A stretch of DNA of 64,000 bases from Diplonema japonicum (Eukaryota; Protista; Euglenozoa: Diplonemea), in the NCBI GenBank assembly GCA_964019335.1, contig OZ025715.1, positions 124,001-188,000 on the forward strand, given 5' to 3'. Shown here piece after piece: positions 34,754 to 47,000 of the stretch (position 1 is the stretch's first letter; each line of letters opens with the position of its first letter). The notes below the pieces were generated by a model. The model was not told the origin of the DNA, ran no database searches, and was given only the letters and a program-made list of their open reading frames with translations. The translations under genes were made by a program, and so were the position numbers.

Positions 34754-37700
34754 ATGAAGACCTCACCCCAGCTACCGCCCATCGCCGACGGGACCGATGC
34801 AACTCTCACCCCGAAACCACCGCCGTTCAGTAAGCGGCCGAAGGACAAAACCCTCGGCTTTCTCCTCGGCAACGGTGACATATCCCACAGAGGAGACCGA
34901 ACCGCTGCCAAGGACAGAAGCGGTGTTGAAAGACACGACGAAAAAGAAATCGTCCGCAAGCTTATAAGCGAAGGGGTTGGAGAGGACACGTTTCTCGGTT
35001 CTGTAGTGAGGCTGTTCAACACGCACAACGAGACGGGGCCTCCGGTCATGGTTCCCAAAGAATATTGGGTATACTCGGAGAGCCCGTTGGTCCAGTCGTT
35101 TGACAATAGTTGCGGGGCGTCGGAATTCGACCAGGAAAAAAGGCTTTGGCGGAAAAAGATCTTCCCGTCCGAAAAACCAACCTCGCGCATGGAGGTCATC
35201 CTCTTAGCAAAGATGCTCGACACCATGTTGTCCCACATCGACGTTTCTGTAATAACCGATTCAGAGCGATGCTACTCAGCAGATAACAGTGATTACAATG
35301 AAACGTTCAAAGAACTTCTTCAGGTGTACAACGTAGGGTTCAGTGAGGTGATCCGACAGGTGTACACATCATGCGCGGAACGGGGCGTCGTTCTGGACAG
35401 GATAAGAGGGCTTTTCATGGACTTCTCGTACAATTGCTTCGACATCCTGTCGTTTTTAAAGTCTCAAATACGGGTTTACGACAGTAAAACGAAAGTAGCA
35501 GAAGAGGCCTTCGACAAGGCGAAGGGTGAGGCGATCACGACTCGGTACGAGCTGGTGAAGTGCAACAACGATTTATCAGCGTCAAAGGCCGAGATAGAAG
35601 ATCTAAAAACAAAGATAAAAAACCAAAACGCCTTGGAGAAACGAGATGTCCTCGTCCGGAACTTCATGTCCCACCAAGCAGAGAGGAACAACATGATACT
35701 CCACATGAGCCTTAGTGCTACTCAAGGAGAGCTTGGTGGGAACAATTTCCAGGACGACGAAGATTATGAGGTTCTCTCGGACGATTTCGAGGACATTGCA
35801 GAGAGTCCGAACACCCGTTGTGTACTAGAAGGCGTTGATACGTTTGTCCCCAAGAGGTCCTTTCGCCGAAAATCTGTTCGAAAAGGTTCTCGGTTCCAAG
35901 CGCAGAACCCTCAACCTCTCCCCAGTGTCCAAGCTTCTACCACTTCAACCCAAACCGACGATGATGTGTGGGACGAACCCCTCTATGACAGCTTGCGAGA
36001 CTTTTGCAACTTGATCCGAAAAGTTGTACACAGTACTGAGGAGGTTACACCCCTCTATGCTAACCTAATATACAACAACCCCTTGGAGTCCGCGAAGTGG
36101 GCGAACAGCAAGATGAAAAATCTAGTCAAAACTTACATGACTGGCCAAGACGAACCCTCAGCCGAGGAAGTCATCGGCGGTCTCTCTCAGGAACAAATCA
36201 AGGTGTGCACAATTTTCTTTTTCTTTTTTTTCTCTCTAAGACCTTACTTTCATTGCACAGCAACACAAAGGAAGTTTCGTTATCACAAAGAAGTTGCTCA
36301 CGGAGACGCTGGGCGACATCAACTCTACTTTGAAGGAAATCACTACGAGACTTTCGTCCTTTGCTGTTTCTATGAACTTTAAAAATCACATGAGGCTCAT
36401 GACCAAGGACACTGGTATGACAACCCAAATAAAAAAAAAAAAGGAGGGTAAAAAAAGAAAAAAAAGAAAAAAAGAAAAAAATACAGCTAAGATTTCGAAA
36501 ACACTGACTACTGAAGATGCAAAGGTAAACCCTGTCCACACGGAGCCTCCTCAGCTGCAGCCTCCTGGTGCCGGCGATGTCTGTCCTCTGTGCATGAGAA
36601 TTCCTCCTGAGAAATCCCAGCCTCGGAATCAGTCTTCTCCTTTAAATCAACGCAGGTCCACCTTCAAGGCTGCACCAGCTTTCGGGGCAGAGACCCCCCC
36701 AGCTCAACCGATCGCTCCACAGCCGCTTCCGCCCGTTGAGATACAGGAACCCACCCCTGTTGAGGACGTCCTTCTTGTCTCTTCCCTGCACACACAACAG
36801 TCGTTTGACAAACCAACCAAGACCACGAAACAGACATCTGATGAAGAATGGGTTCGGAAGATGAAGAAGACGGAGAAGGAGGCTGCCGACAAAGCACGGG
36901 AGCATGATGCAAAGGTGAAGCAGCTGGAAAACAAGCTCAATGAACAGCAAGCTATCATGAACAAGCAGCTTGAGGATCTGAAGCAACTGCAAGCAGCAAA
37001 GCTGCCGACCACCCCTCTCAAACAAACCGCACAGCCACTTGCATCAACACCTCATGACACCAAGGGAATTGCAGTTTCGCAACAAAAAGTAGAACAAGAA
37101 CCCGCAAAGCCTCCGATGTTTGTAAAAACTGAGCTGGCATTAGCAGAGCCAGTGTGCAGCAGCCCTGTAGCCGAGGCGGAGGTCGAAAGTGACATATCAC
37201 AACGAACTGACGACAAAGATATCCTCAGTCCCATCCCACAAAAATCCTTGAAGCACATCACTAAGGTGGAATCCATGAGCAGTATTGGGCAGACATCCGC
37301 GGAGGACGACGAAGAAACGGAGGAATTACTTGAGCGAACCTCGCCGATTGTTCTGAACACTCGGGAATTCAACAACACGTTGGAAAGCGAAGGGAAGGGG
37401 AGGAAGGGGACCTTGGGAGGGGACACAACAAGGAGGCTCGCGAAGAAGCTGACACCGGAGGAGAAAAAAGCAGAGGTGATGGCACAACGGGAAAGGAGAA
37501 GAAAAGAACTGCTGTATGCAAAATCGGAGCACTTGGCAAACATCGCCGCGGGGACGTATCAACCAAAGACGTTGATCTGGCTGCTCAAGCAAATCACTGC
37601 ATTCTACAAGGCAAAGATAGTGGCGGACATGAAAATACCGGGCAGCACTGAGGTGCCCCTGGCAGAGTTCGTGATCGACAAGATGCGGCAAAGGCACGGG

Positions 37701-38230
37701 TCCAAAAAACTGTCGGACGACCAGATAGGCATTCTGTTGGCCACTGCCAACCGGAACAAATCCGATCCGCGTGTCGCTTTGTTCAGCCGTCTACTGAGCG
37801 GGGTGTACTCCACCACAGTCTTGTCTCTTGTCTTGCGGTATTCAAAGGCCGTCGACGACGCGAAAGTCGGTCCTGAATACGCTAGGAGTGCCGACGAGTC
37901 TGTGTATGCGTCTCGAAAATAGAATAACAATTTTCCTACAGGAAACCGAGCAACGTTTCGCTGGTGAGATGCCTCTTCGCCTTAGGCCAGCTCGAACAGG
38001 ACGAGCGGCTAGTTGAAGCCATCACCAAGGAGACCCGTGAAGCCTCACAGCCCATGGACGCCCAGGCCTTTAAAAGCGGGATGTTAAAAACTGGCTACAC
38101 CACCAGCGACATACCGAAAATAGAGAAGCAGTGGCAGTGCGACGAGGCAACGGCTCGAAACTCGGTCCGAAAGATCGACTTTCTCACGATAGTCGCTGAA
38201 AATGTGACCGATACAGAGGAAAGTGCGTGA
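34754..38230 (+). CDS. large axonemal dynein light chain (p28)-domain protein, 4 exons (34754-36202, 36261-36414, 36487-37903, 37942-38230)
   Basis: PTSRMEVILLAKMLD...FSEVIRQVYTSCAERGVVLDRIR resembles the p28/AXDND1 domain; GT-AG introns join three ORFs in frame. Confidence 0.7.
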
Positions 38231-38379
38231 CCCTCTGTCGAGGATGTCAGTTCGTGGCTGCGAAACGCCACCCCGTTACCTAGAAGTTACATTACAAAAA
38301 AAAGGGGGGGGGAAAGAAAAAAAAAATCCTTTATCGCCTCACTCAATTCATCTATCTAAACTACTCAGGTGATGGCGCC

Positions 38380-40853
38380 ATGTCTGCTCTACCAGCTTAC
38401 CTCGGCTGCGACTACGCGCTGTTCCCCAAGCCCGTTACACGAGTCGAAGCGAGAGTGGTGACAAAACGAAGGGATGATGTACGGAAAAAGCTGCTAAGAA
38501 GTTTAAAATTACGAAACCCTTTGGTGTTCCGACAGCGGGCTAGTAAAATACCTGATAGAGAAATGAGTCTTCACAGTGCTGCGTGTTGGGACGCGTGCGT
38601 TCAAAGCATCAGAAGGCTCTCCCGAGCAGCCTCCACTCCTCACGTTGTGTCTCTCGACTTCCGAAGCCCCTCGACAGAGGTCCGTGCAATCGTCTGCGGA
38701 GACAGACCAGCACCGACAAGGCTGGGGAATCGTTCAATAGATTCATTGCTGGCTGAGGGACGGAAAGACAGCACGGAAGCGACGGCGTATACCGTAGGGA
38801 CGCAACATGCGAAATGCCGTCTTGACGAACACACCATTGACGGGAAGGGGATGCTGTTCCAAGAAGAGAAAGCTATCTGGAGAAAATGGCCCAAACTATG
38901 GGAGAGAAAATGGAAATTCAGAGGCCAGTCTGCTGATTCTCGAACAGCTGTGGAGGTGGAGCAATGGAAGTCTCTCTTCGCATCGGGTATCGAGGCGCCC
39001 ACTTTTGCACGGCCCACAGCACGCCACCACTGGGGTGTTGCAAAACTTCTTCTCTCGGAACTGAAACTGGAGTTCGTGGGTTTGGCAACATCACTGCTGT
39101 TAATGGTCGTGTCGCGGGGCCTGTCGGCAAGGGTCCCAGATCTACTCAAAAGGGCTGTCAACACTCTACATGATGAAGTCAAGAAAAACGGAATGTCTGA
39201 ATCGGGTGCGAGCAGCACCGTGAAGAACATTTTACTCCAGCAATGCTTGACACAGGTATTGCAAGCCGTTGCTTCTGAACTGCAGGTTACATTGTTCGCG
39301 GCGGTCGGTGAGAAGGCGAGACAAGGTCTGATGCGCAAGGTGTTTGCACACCTTCACTCACTGGACTTCAGTTTCCATGCTGGTAGGTCTCCCGGTGCCG
39401 TGGGGAAGATACTCGACAGAGGCGGCGCCGCGTTGGGGCTCACGACTTCTGCAATGGTGTTCGAATTCCTTCCCAACATCTTGGAGCTGTATTTCATGGA
39501 GAGAATGCTGAGAAGGTCGCTTGGAAAAGCCATTGCTGACATAAGCACTGGGACTATTGTCGCCTACGCAACATGGAGCATCCCTCTTATCCATTGGGGG
39601 TCACGGTTCAAACAGGAAGTCAACCGTTATGACAACATCGTTGGGTCAAAGGTTTCCGACAGCCTGCACAACCACGTTGTCGTGAAGCTGTACAACGGCG
39701 AGCAAGAAGAACTCAACAAGTACCAAGCCACCCAGCAAGCTCTCGGCGACGCGGTGGTTCGATACAGAAAGAGCATATCCCTCCTCAACATCGGGCAGAA
39801 GGTCATCCTCACCACCGGAGTGTCATGCATGCTGAAGAACATTATGGATGATGTCGCTAAAGGGAAGCTTACCATGGGCGATCTGGTTCTTCTCAAAGCG
39901 TACGTTCTGCAAGCAAAGAGACCTTTGGAAGCGATGGGGTTGATGTACAGGAAAACACGGCAGGGTCTCACCGATATTTCAAACCTTTTCCAGCTGTTCA
40001 AAGACATGACTCCCAGTATTTCAAACTGCAAGAACCCGATGCTTGTCCCACCTGGGAAGGGGAGGATAGAGATCAAGTCCGTGGGATACGAGTACCCAGC
40101 ACAAATGCATCCAGGAAGCAAGAACAAAGCTGCTTTGCAATCGTTAAACCTGGTGATCCATCCAAAGGAGATCCTCGGGGTGGTCGGGACAAGCGGAAGC
40201 GGGAAGACAACACTGACAAGGTTGCTGACACGGCTGATCGACCCTTCCGAGGGCAAGGTATCCCTTCAAACACAACAGCGCACACCCGCACACACTAACA
40301 GGTCACGCTTGATGGAATGGACATCAAAAAAGTTGATTTGGAAGACCTTCGAAACCATGTTATAGTGGTTCCTCAGGAGCCTATGCTTTTCAGTGAAACT
40401 GTGGCATATAACATAGCCTATGGGCGATTAGATGCTGGAAGATCGGAGATAGAGGCGGCGGCGGTGAAGGCACAAGTGGACGATGCGATCCGAGCGAAGT
40501 CTGAGGGGTACCATTCGATCGTCGGGAACATGGGCCATCAATTGTCAGGAGGGGAGCGGCAAAGAGTCGCCTTGGCGAGAGCTTTGCTGAAGACCCCACG
40601 CGTCTTGATCTACGACGAGGCGACATCTTCCCTGGATGCCACCACAGAGGCCAATGTTATCAACGCCATCACCTCGATAAAGGACAGGCCTACCACCGTC
40701 ATCGTGGCGCACAGGCTCTCCACTGTGAGGAACGCTGATAGAATAGTCGTCCTGTCGGGCGGGAGGATATCCGAGAGCGGGACACATGACCAGCTAATCC
40801 GCAACCAAGGGAAGTACGCAGAGATGTGGAGACAGCAACAATGCGAGACTTGA
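38380..40853 (+). CDS. ABCB half-transporter, ATM1/ABCB7-like, 2 exons (38380-40257, 40302-40853)
   Basis: VFAHLHSLDFSFH, DSLHNH..VKLYN, Walker A GTSGSGKT, LSGGERQR, YDEATSSLD, AHRLST; intron GTATCC...ACTAACAG. Confidence 0.9.
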
Positions 40854-41088
40854 TTCCCCCCCCCCCCCCTTTTTTTCATAACATTTTGTCGAGGCTAAAA
40901 AAAAAAACTAGTTGATGGCAGCGTAAAGAGGTATTTTACTAGTGCGCCGGGGGGGAAAAAACGACAAAGTCTTTAAAAATACGGTATTTCCTTTGCACAG
41001 AGAGATATGTGTCGGGTTTCTCTCCCCCCCACTTTTTTTCTCTACTTTTTTTTTCCAATCGGATTTCCCAATTATCCACAGGAGGAAG

Positions 41089-44000
41089 ATGGAAGCACTC
41101 ATGGGATCGGGGATGGGGATGGGGATGGACGCAGGAAAAGATGGGATGTACGTGTCTGAGACCTCATCTGCTGTGTTGGACGTTGAAAAATCGCTGGTGG
41201 TATGTTGCAAGGCAGGGTCTGATGACATGATAGCTGGTGGTGTTGCCGGAAAGTCTCTCCTCCACCACCTGATCAAACAGCCTACAGTCCTCGTTGGCCA
41301 CCTCATCTCCTTTGTTTTCAACATCAAAACCCGGCAGCAAGCCCTCGGCGGTGTTGTGCCTTTCCTGACTTCTGCAATCAGCGAGGAGAAGGACGAAACC
41401 ATTGCAAACGCGTACTTGGGGACTGTTCTCTGCGCGGTACTTGGCAATGACAAAGATAAATCGTTTGCAGGGCTTCTTATCCTTAAGAATATGTGCTCCC
41501 GAACTATGTCAGCCACTGTCTACAATGTACTGGTCATGTCGGTAAGGAAAGTGTCTGAGTTGGCAGAGAAAGGTGTCGTTTTAAGAAAAGGAAAGACAAG
41601 ACCCACAAAACTGGGGCTTGCGGCATGTTGTTGTGTGTTCGACATTGTCGCAAAGTGGCAAGACGCCGAGGAGTGTTCCGCACTCTGGAACACCATCACT
41701 GCAGTGCAAGGCCTTGTAAAGCAGTTTGGGGTGTGGCACGAGGGATACCGCCCGCTTGTTGTTACCGCCTGTACAATGCTTACTTCTCGGCTTGATGAGC
41801 TCTCTTCCCTTCGACACCACCACATTGCTTCAAACCACAACCAATCTCGGCTAAACCTTCCTGTGCAACCACTTACCCCCATCAACCAAGCCTTCTTGGC
41901 CACCCTTCAGCACCTTTCCTCTTTCTCAACCACGTTTTCTCCCTCTGCTCTCTTCCAGCTGGTAAACGAGAACGATCTTCCATCATTTGACCTTGTCCTC
42001 AAGCTAACTCTTATTTTCGGATCAGGTGATGCACTTTTTTTTTTTTTTTAAATTCCTTCTTTCTAGGTTCTGACTCAGACCAGTCAAGCTTTGTAGGACA
42101 CCATCTGAATGCCGGGATAATACAGGTAATGCTTAAGAAAACTGCCAAAACTTTATCCAAAAAAAGTTCCGGCACGGGGAATTGAACCCCGGTCTCCTGG
42201 GTGAGGGCCAGGTGTTCTAACCACTATACTATGCCGGATCGCGGATTTATTTTTTTTTTTTTTTTTTTTTTTCAAATTACCAATGCAGGGCCGCCATGGA
42301 GAGCAACACCTGAGAAAAGGGAAAAAAAGGTGAAGGGAAACCATGGGGAAATAGGGAGGGCAAAGGACCAGGCTTCTGCAAGCAGGAGGAGCCCTGGTCC
42401 CCCCCCCCCAGCCTTTGCTTCGCACGTCAGTGGTTCATTTATTATTATTATTAAAATATTAAATACTCTTTTTCCCTTTTCTCAGGTGTTGCTCTCCATG
42501 GCGGCCCTGCATTGGTATTTTGAAAAAAAAAATTAAATACTCGCCTCCCTAGCTCAGTCGGTAGAGCGCAAGGCCCTTAACCTTGTGGTCGCGGGTTCGA
42601 GCCCCGCGGGAGGTGTTTTTTACCTGACACCATATTTGCATTTTCCAGTTCTGAAGTTCACTTAACACTCCAAGGTGCAAATATTTGTCTGCTTTATATT
42701 CCCCTTCCCCAAGGTGCCCTCTTGTCATCATTCATGTAGCGAAAGGCTGCTTGATACCTTTGATTACTTTTGCGATTTGGACTTATTTTTTCTACTTTTC
42801 TCGAGCTCGGATTTTCAAGGCTCTCTTTTGGCATTTTCTTTCCCTTCCCCCCTTTCTTTTTGCACCCTTCTTTTTAAACCTTCTCTGGCGCACCGATCTG
42901 GCAGTCGGAACATATATTATTATTATTATTAACCCATAACACTCCAAGGCGCAAATATTTGTCGTTTTGAAAAATCGTTTTTTTCTCTAAGTACTTTTTC
43001 GTCCCCACGACCCCTGGATCTCCAAGAACGACTATAGTGAGGAGTTATTTTCAACTGCAATTCATGTTGCACTGCATCACTTTACCTTGTTATCCACCCA
43101 CCAAGTGGGTCCCAAATCCGAGTGGATAGGCGAAAAAACGCAAAATAACGGGTGTGCAGACTGTGTCCAAAAAACGCAAAGGTAAAGCCAAAACAGCTAC
43201 GGACGAGGGTAAGGGAGTTGGTACCCATAGAGACCATAAAATAGGCCAGTGGGGGAAAAAAGCTGTCCCGTGGTACGCAGAAACCTGACGACGCGGGATG
43301 ATTATTCCTTCGGTTTTTTGATAAGAAGTTCACAGACGTCATCCAAGAAGAGACAAACAAGCATAAGGACGCTGTGATTGATAAGATTTCGACCCAGGAC
43401 TCCACCGCTCGCTTTCTCGGATTGAGCATTATAATGGGTTTGCGGCGTGCCCTTTGTCCCAAGATGCTCAATTTACACCCCCCCGTGCACAACTCATTTT
43501 GACATGGTCGTTTTTGAGCACCCTACGGCCATTCAACTCTTCATCCCCTTTGTATTTTTATTAATTTTTGAGCTTTTTTTTAAATTTTCCTGGTCCAAAA
43601 AACCCGTTTTACCTGCAAACGGGGGTTAAATGCTGCCATTTTCCCCGTCAAATTATGAAAAGGAGCAAAAAAGGGACCCCTATGTAGATGGGCCCTGGAG
43701 TGTTATGGGTTAAAAACTAATGCAAAGCTCACTGCTGGTCGACTTGGAGAAGGCATGGTCCGCGTGGGTGTATAGCGCAGAGGAAAGGCACATGACGCAC
43801 TGCGAACTAATGCACAAGAAGAGAAGAGAAGAAAAGAAAGAGAAGAGAAGAAAAGAAAAGAAACATGTCGACCTCCAACAAGAAGAAAAAGAGGCCCGCT
43901 CACCACAAGTCCAGGACGGAAGAAATCCTGGAGAAAGCCCGCGGTGAGCGGGTAAAGGACAACGCCGCCGCCAGGGCGAAGCGCACGCGCGAGGAGGTGG

Positions 44001-47000
44001 AAAGGAAGCGCGCAGAGGGGGTCACGCCGGTGGTGACACCCTCCCCCGGGCAAGGGAAGAAGGCGGCCAGAAGGGCCAGACAGAAGGCAGCAGCTGCTGA
44101 CGCTGCCACCGCCGCCGCTTCGGGCTCCGACGACTCTGTCGTCTTAATTAGCGAGTCGCCGGGCGTTGTCACCTCGTTCACGGTCGACACGCCAGAGGTC
44201 AGGAGGGCGAGGATGAGGACTGCTGCCGCCGACACCACTGCTCCTGCACCTGCTGCTGCCAACACCACTGCTCCTGCACCTGCTGCTGCCGACACTGCTC
44301 CTGCGCCTGCTCCAGCCTCTGCACCTGCTGCTGCCGACACCACTGCTGCCGTGTGGTCTACTGCCGTCCTCACTGCCGCTGCCTGCGACACCGCCCTCCC
44401 CATGTCGGACTCTGACACCGACGAGAAGAACACGGCCCCCGCTCCCGCACCGGCCCCGGAGCCTCACTGGGATCTGGTCCCCGACACGTGGGACGCCCCC
44501 ATCTACACCAACACTGCTCCCCCTGAGGAGGTGCCCCGCGCCGTCGTCGCTCTCGACGACCTCCAGCAGGTGGACGCGATTCGCACTGCGAGGCCCACGG
44601 CCTCCCTGACCTTCGTCCTCTTGACGGAGGTTGCCGGTTCGACCACCCCATGCACCGTCATCGTACTCGCCGGCCAGCGTGTCGTGCACAAGGCCGTGCA
44701 CACCTTCTCGGTCGGGTCGAACCCCCCCTCCTACACCCCACTCGCTTCTTTTGATGGCGGCTCTGAGGTAGTGTACGTCAGCGTGAAAGCTGACAGCGTG
44801 AACGCGGCGAAGGCCAGGGTTCGGGACCTCGCCGCGACCCAGGGCGTGGCGGTGGAGGAGCAGGCGATCTTCCGCCCGAAGAAGATCGACGGGAACGAGC
44901 CGCGGGCACTGGAGCCACGAGGTGGGCCTGCGGCTCCCGGCGGCATCCGTCCATGCGGTACTCCGGGCCTCGGGCGACGGCTGCATGGTCAGGACGACCG
45001 AGCGGCGCGGGGGGTACACCTACGTGCCCATCGTAGCGGAGGGGAGGGCGGAGGCCTTCCAGCTGGCGAAGGCACTGGGCGGGTTGTCCCTGGGGGTGGC
45101 CCATCGCAAGGGTTGGACCGTGAGGTGCCTGCCGGAGACGGAGCAGCGTCTGAGGGAGGCCCTCGCCAAGCAGAGGACAAAGCGTCGGTACCTGCTCACC
45201 GGAGCCCCGCTGTCTGTTACCAGGGCAGCCTTCGACGGGATGATGGACCACATCGGTTGGAAGCCGTCGTCCATCATCCGACGCTCTGACACGGCGTTCC
45301 AGGGCACGAGGCAACTCGTGTTCTTCATCATCACCGACGCCCCGCCCCCCAAGGCCAGGACATGGCTCTTCGGCTCTCGTCTCGTTCGACTGCACGACGC
45401 GGAAAACCACCCGAGCGTCACGCTCCCGCCCCGCACCAACAAGAAGGCTCTGCGACGAGAGGCGGTGGTGTCATCACGTATGTCCGTGACTGCCTTGCCT
45501 CGGAGGAAGCTCCTTTCGTACTCCCTGAAGGTGACAGTGTCACTGAGCGATTAGACGTGAGGATCTCCTGTGTGAAGCGCGTCCCGGTCACCCTCTCCAA
45601 CGTGTACCTCACGCCTGTGAGTATAAACAGAGGAACAAGGGACCCCGAGTACCTACGGCCGGGCAGCCTACCTGCGGGGAAGAACACGATCGTTGCTGGC
45701 GACTTCAACGCACACCACAGCTCTTGGGATGCCAAGGTGACAACGCCCAACGAAAGGGGGAACGTGGTCAGGGACAGGCTTGACACCCACGGCTACACGG
45801 TCTACAACAACCGTGACGAGCCGACGCGGGACTCACCGCCACGCGTTCTGGACCTGGTGGTGGGACGTTGTGCGGAACTGGAGCCGAGGACGTTGGGGAC
45901 GTGGGGCTCTGATCACAGCCCGGTTTCCTTCCGCTTGCCGCTTGAGGACGCCTACTGCTCGGAGCGCCCCTGCCCTACCTGGAACTTCAAAAAGGCCAGG
46001 TGGGACGACTTCTCCGCGGCCGCTGCCGCTCTTCTGACCAAGATCGACACGAAGGGTCACATTGACTCCTTCACGAAGGAGGTAACAGAGGCTCTTCTGC
46101 ATGCAGCTGACGACCACATTCCGCTTTGCGGAGTGCGACGAGGCCCGACCCCCTGGTGGACGGCCGAACTCGAAGACGCTTTCGAAGAACGGAACGCCCT
46201 GCGGGATCGCTTCCTCAAGTCGGCTGAGACAGAGGATGACAGCGTAGCGGCGGTGTACAAGGCGAAGGTCAAAGAGGTGAATCAACTCTTGACCGAGTCG
46301 AAGCGCGCGGCCTGGGGTGAGATGGCGGCTGACCTCAGTCGGAGCAAGGACCTCGGGTCTGCGTTTAGGGCGGTGAAGAAGCTGGACGGCAGACACCGCA
46401 GACCGCACCTTCCCATTCTCGAGGGGAGGTTCGTGACGGACAAGGCGAAAGCCGACCGCCTGGGGGCTCACTTCGGCAAGCTCTACGGCCAGGGTGGTGA
46501 TGGGGACGCGGCGGACGTAGCTCCTTCGACGAACGTGCTTGGGTGCCACGCCTTTACGGTGTATGATCTCACCCGCGGTCTGGGAAGGATGAAGACACGC
46601 AGTGCAGCGGGTGATGATGGCATCTTCGCGGAGATGCTTCTCCACCTCGACCAACCCTCGCTCGGGGTTCTACTTCTGCTCCTCAATCGCTCATGGCAGG
46701 CGGGGATTGTGCCGGGTGCCTGGAAGAAGGGGGTGATTGTTCCAGTGGCGAAGGCAGGGAAGGACGCCACGTTGCTTGCATCGTACCGTCCCATATGTCT
46801 CACTAGCTGTCTTTGTAAGCTGCTTGAGAGGATGATAGAGGAGAGGCTTACCTTTCTCCTAGACTCTAGCGCGTCGGGTGTTGAGGGTCTCCACGATAGC
46901 CAGGCTGGCTTCAGGAGGGGCCGCTCCACGGAGGAGCAGGTGGCGTCCCTGACCGGGTGTCTGTCGAGGAACAAAGACAGTCGTCGTCTGTCGGCTGCCC

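Noticed and set aside
38640-40256. Long minus-strand ORFs opposite real genes (also 17444, 45833, 48209, 60800, 63061)
   Set aside because: Antisense shadows of coding sequence with no motifs of their own.
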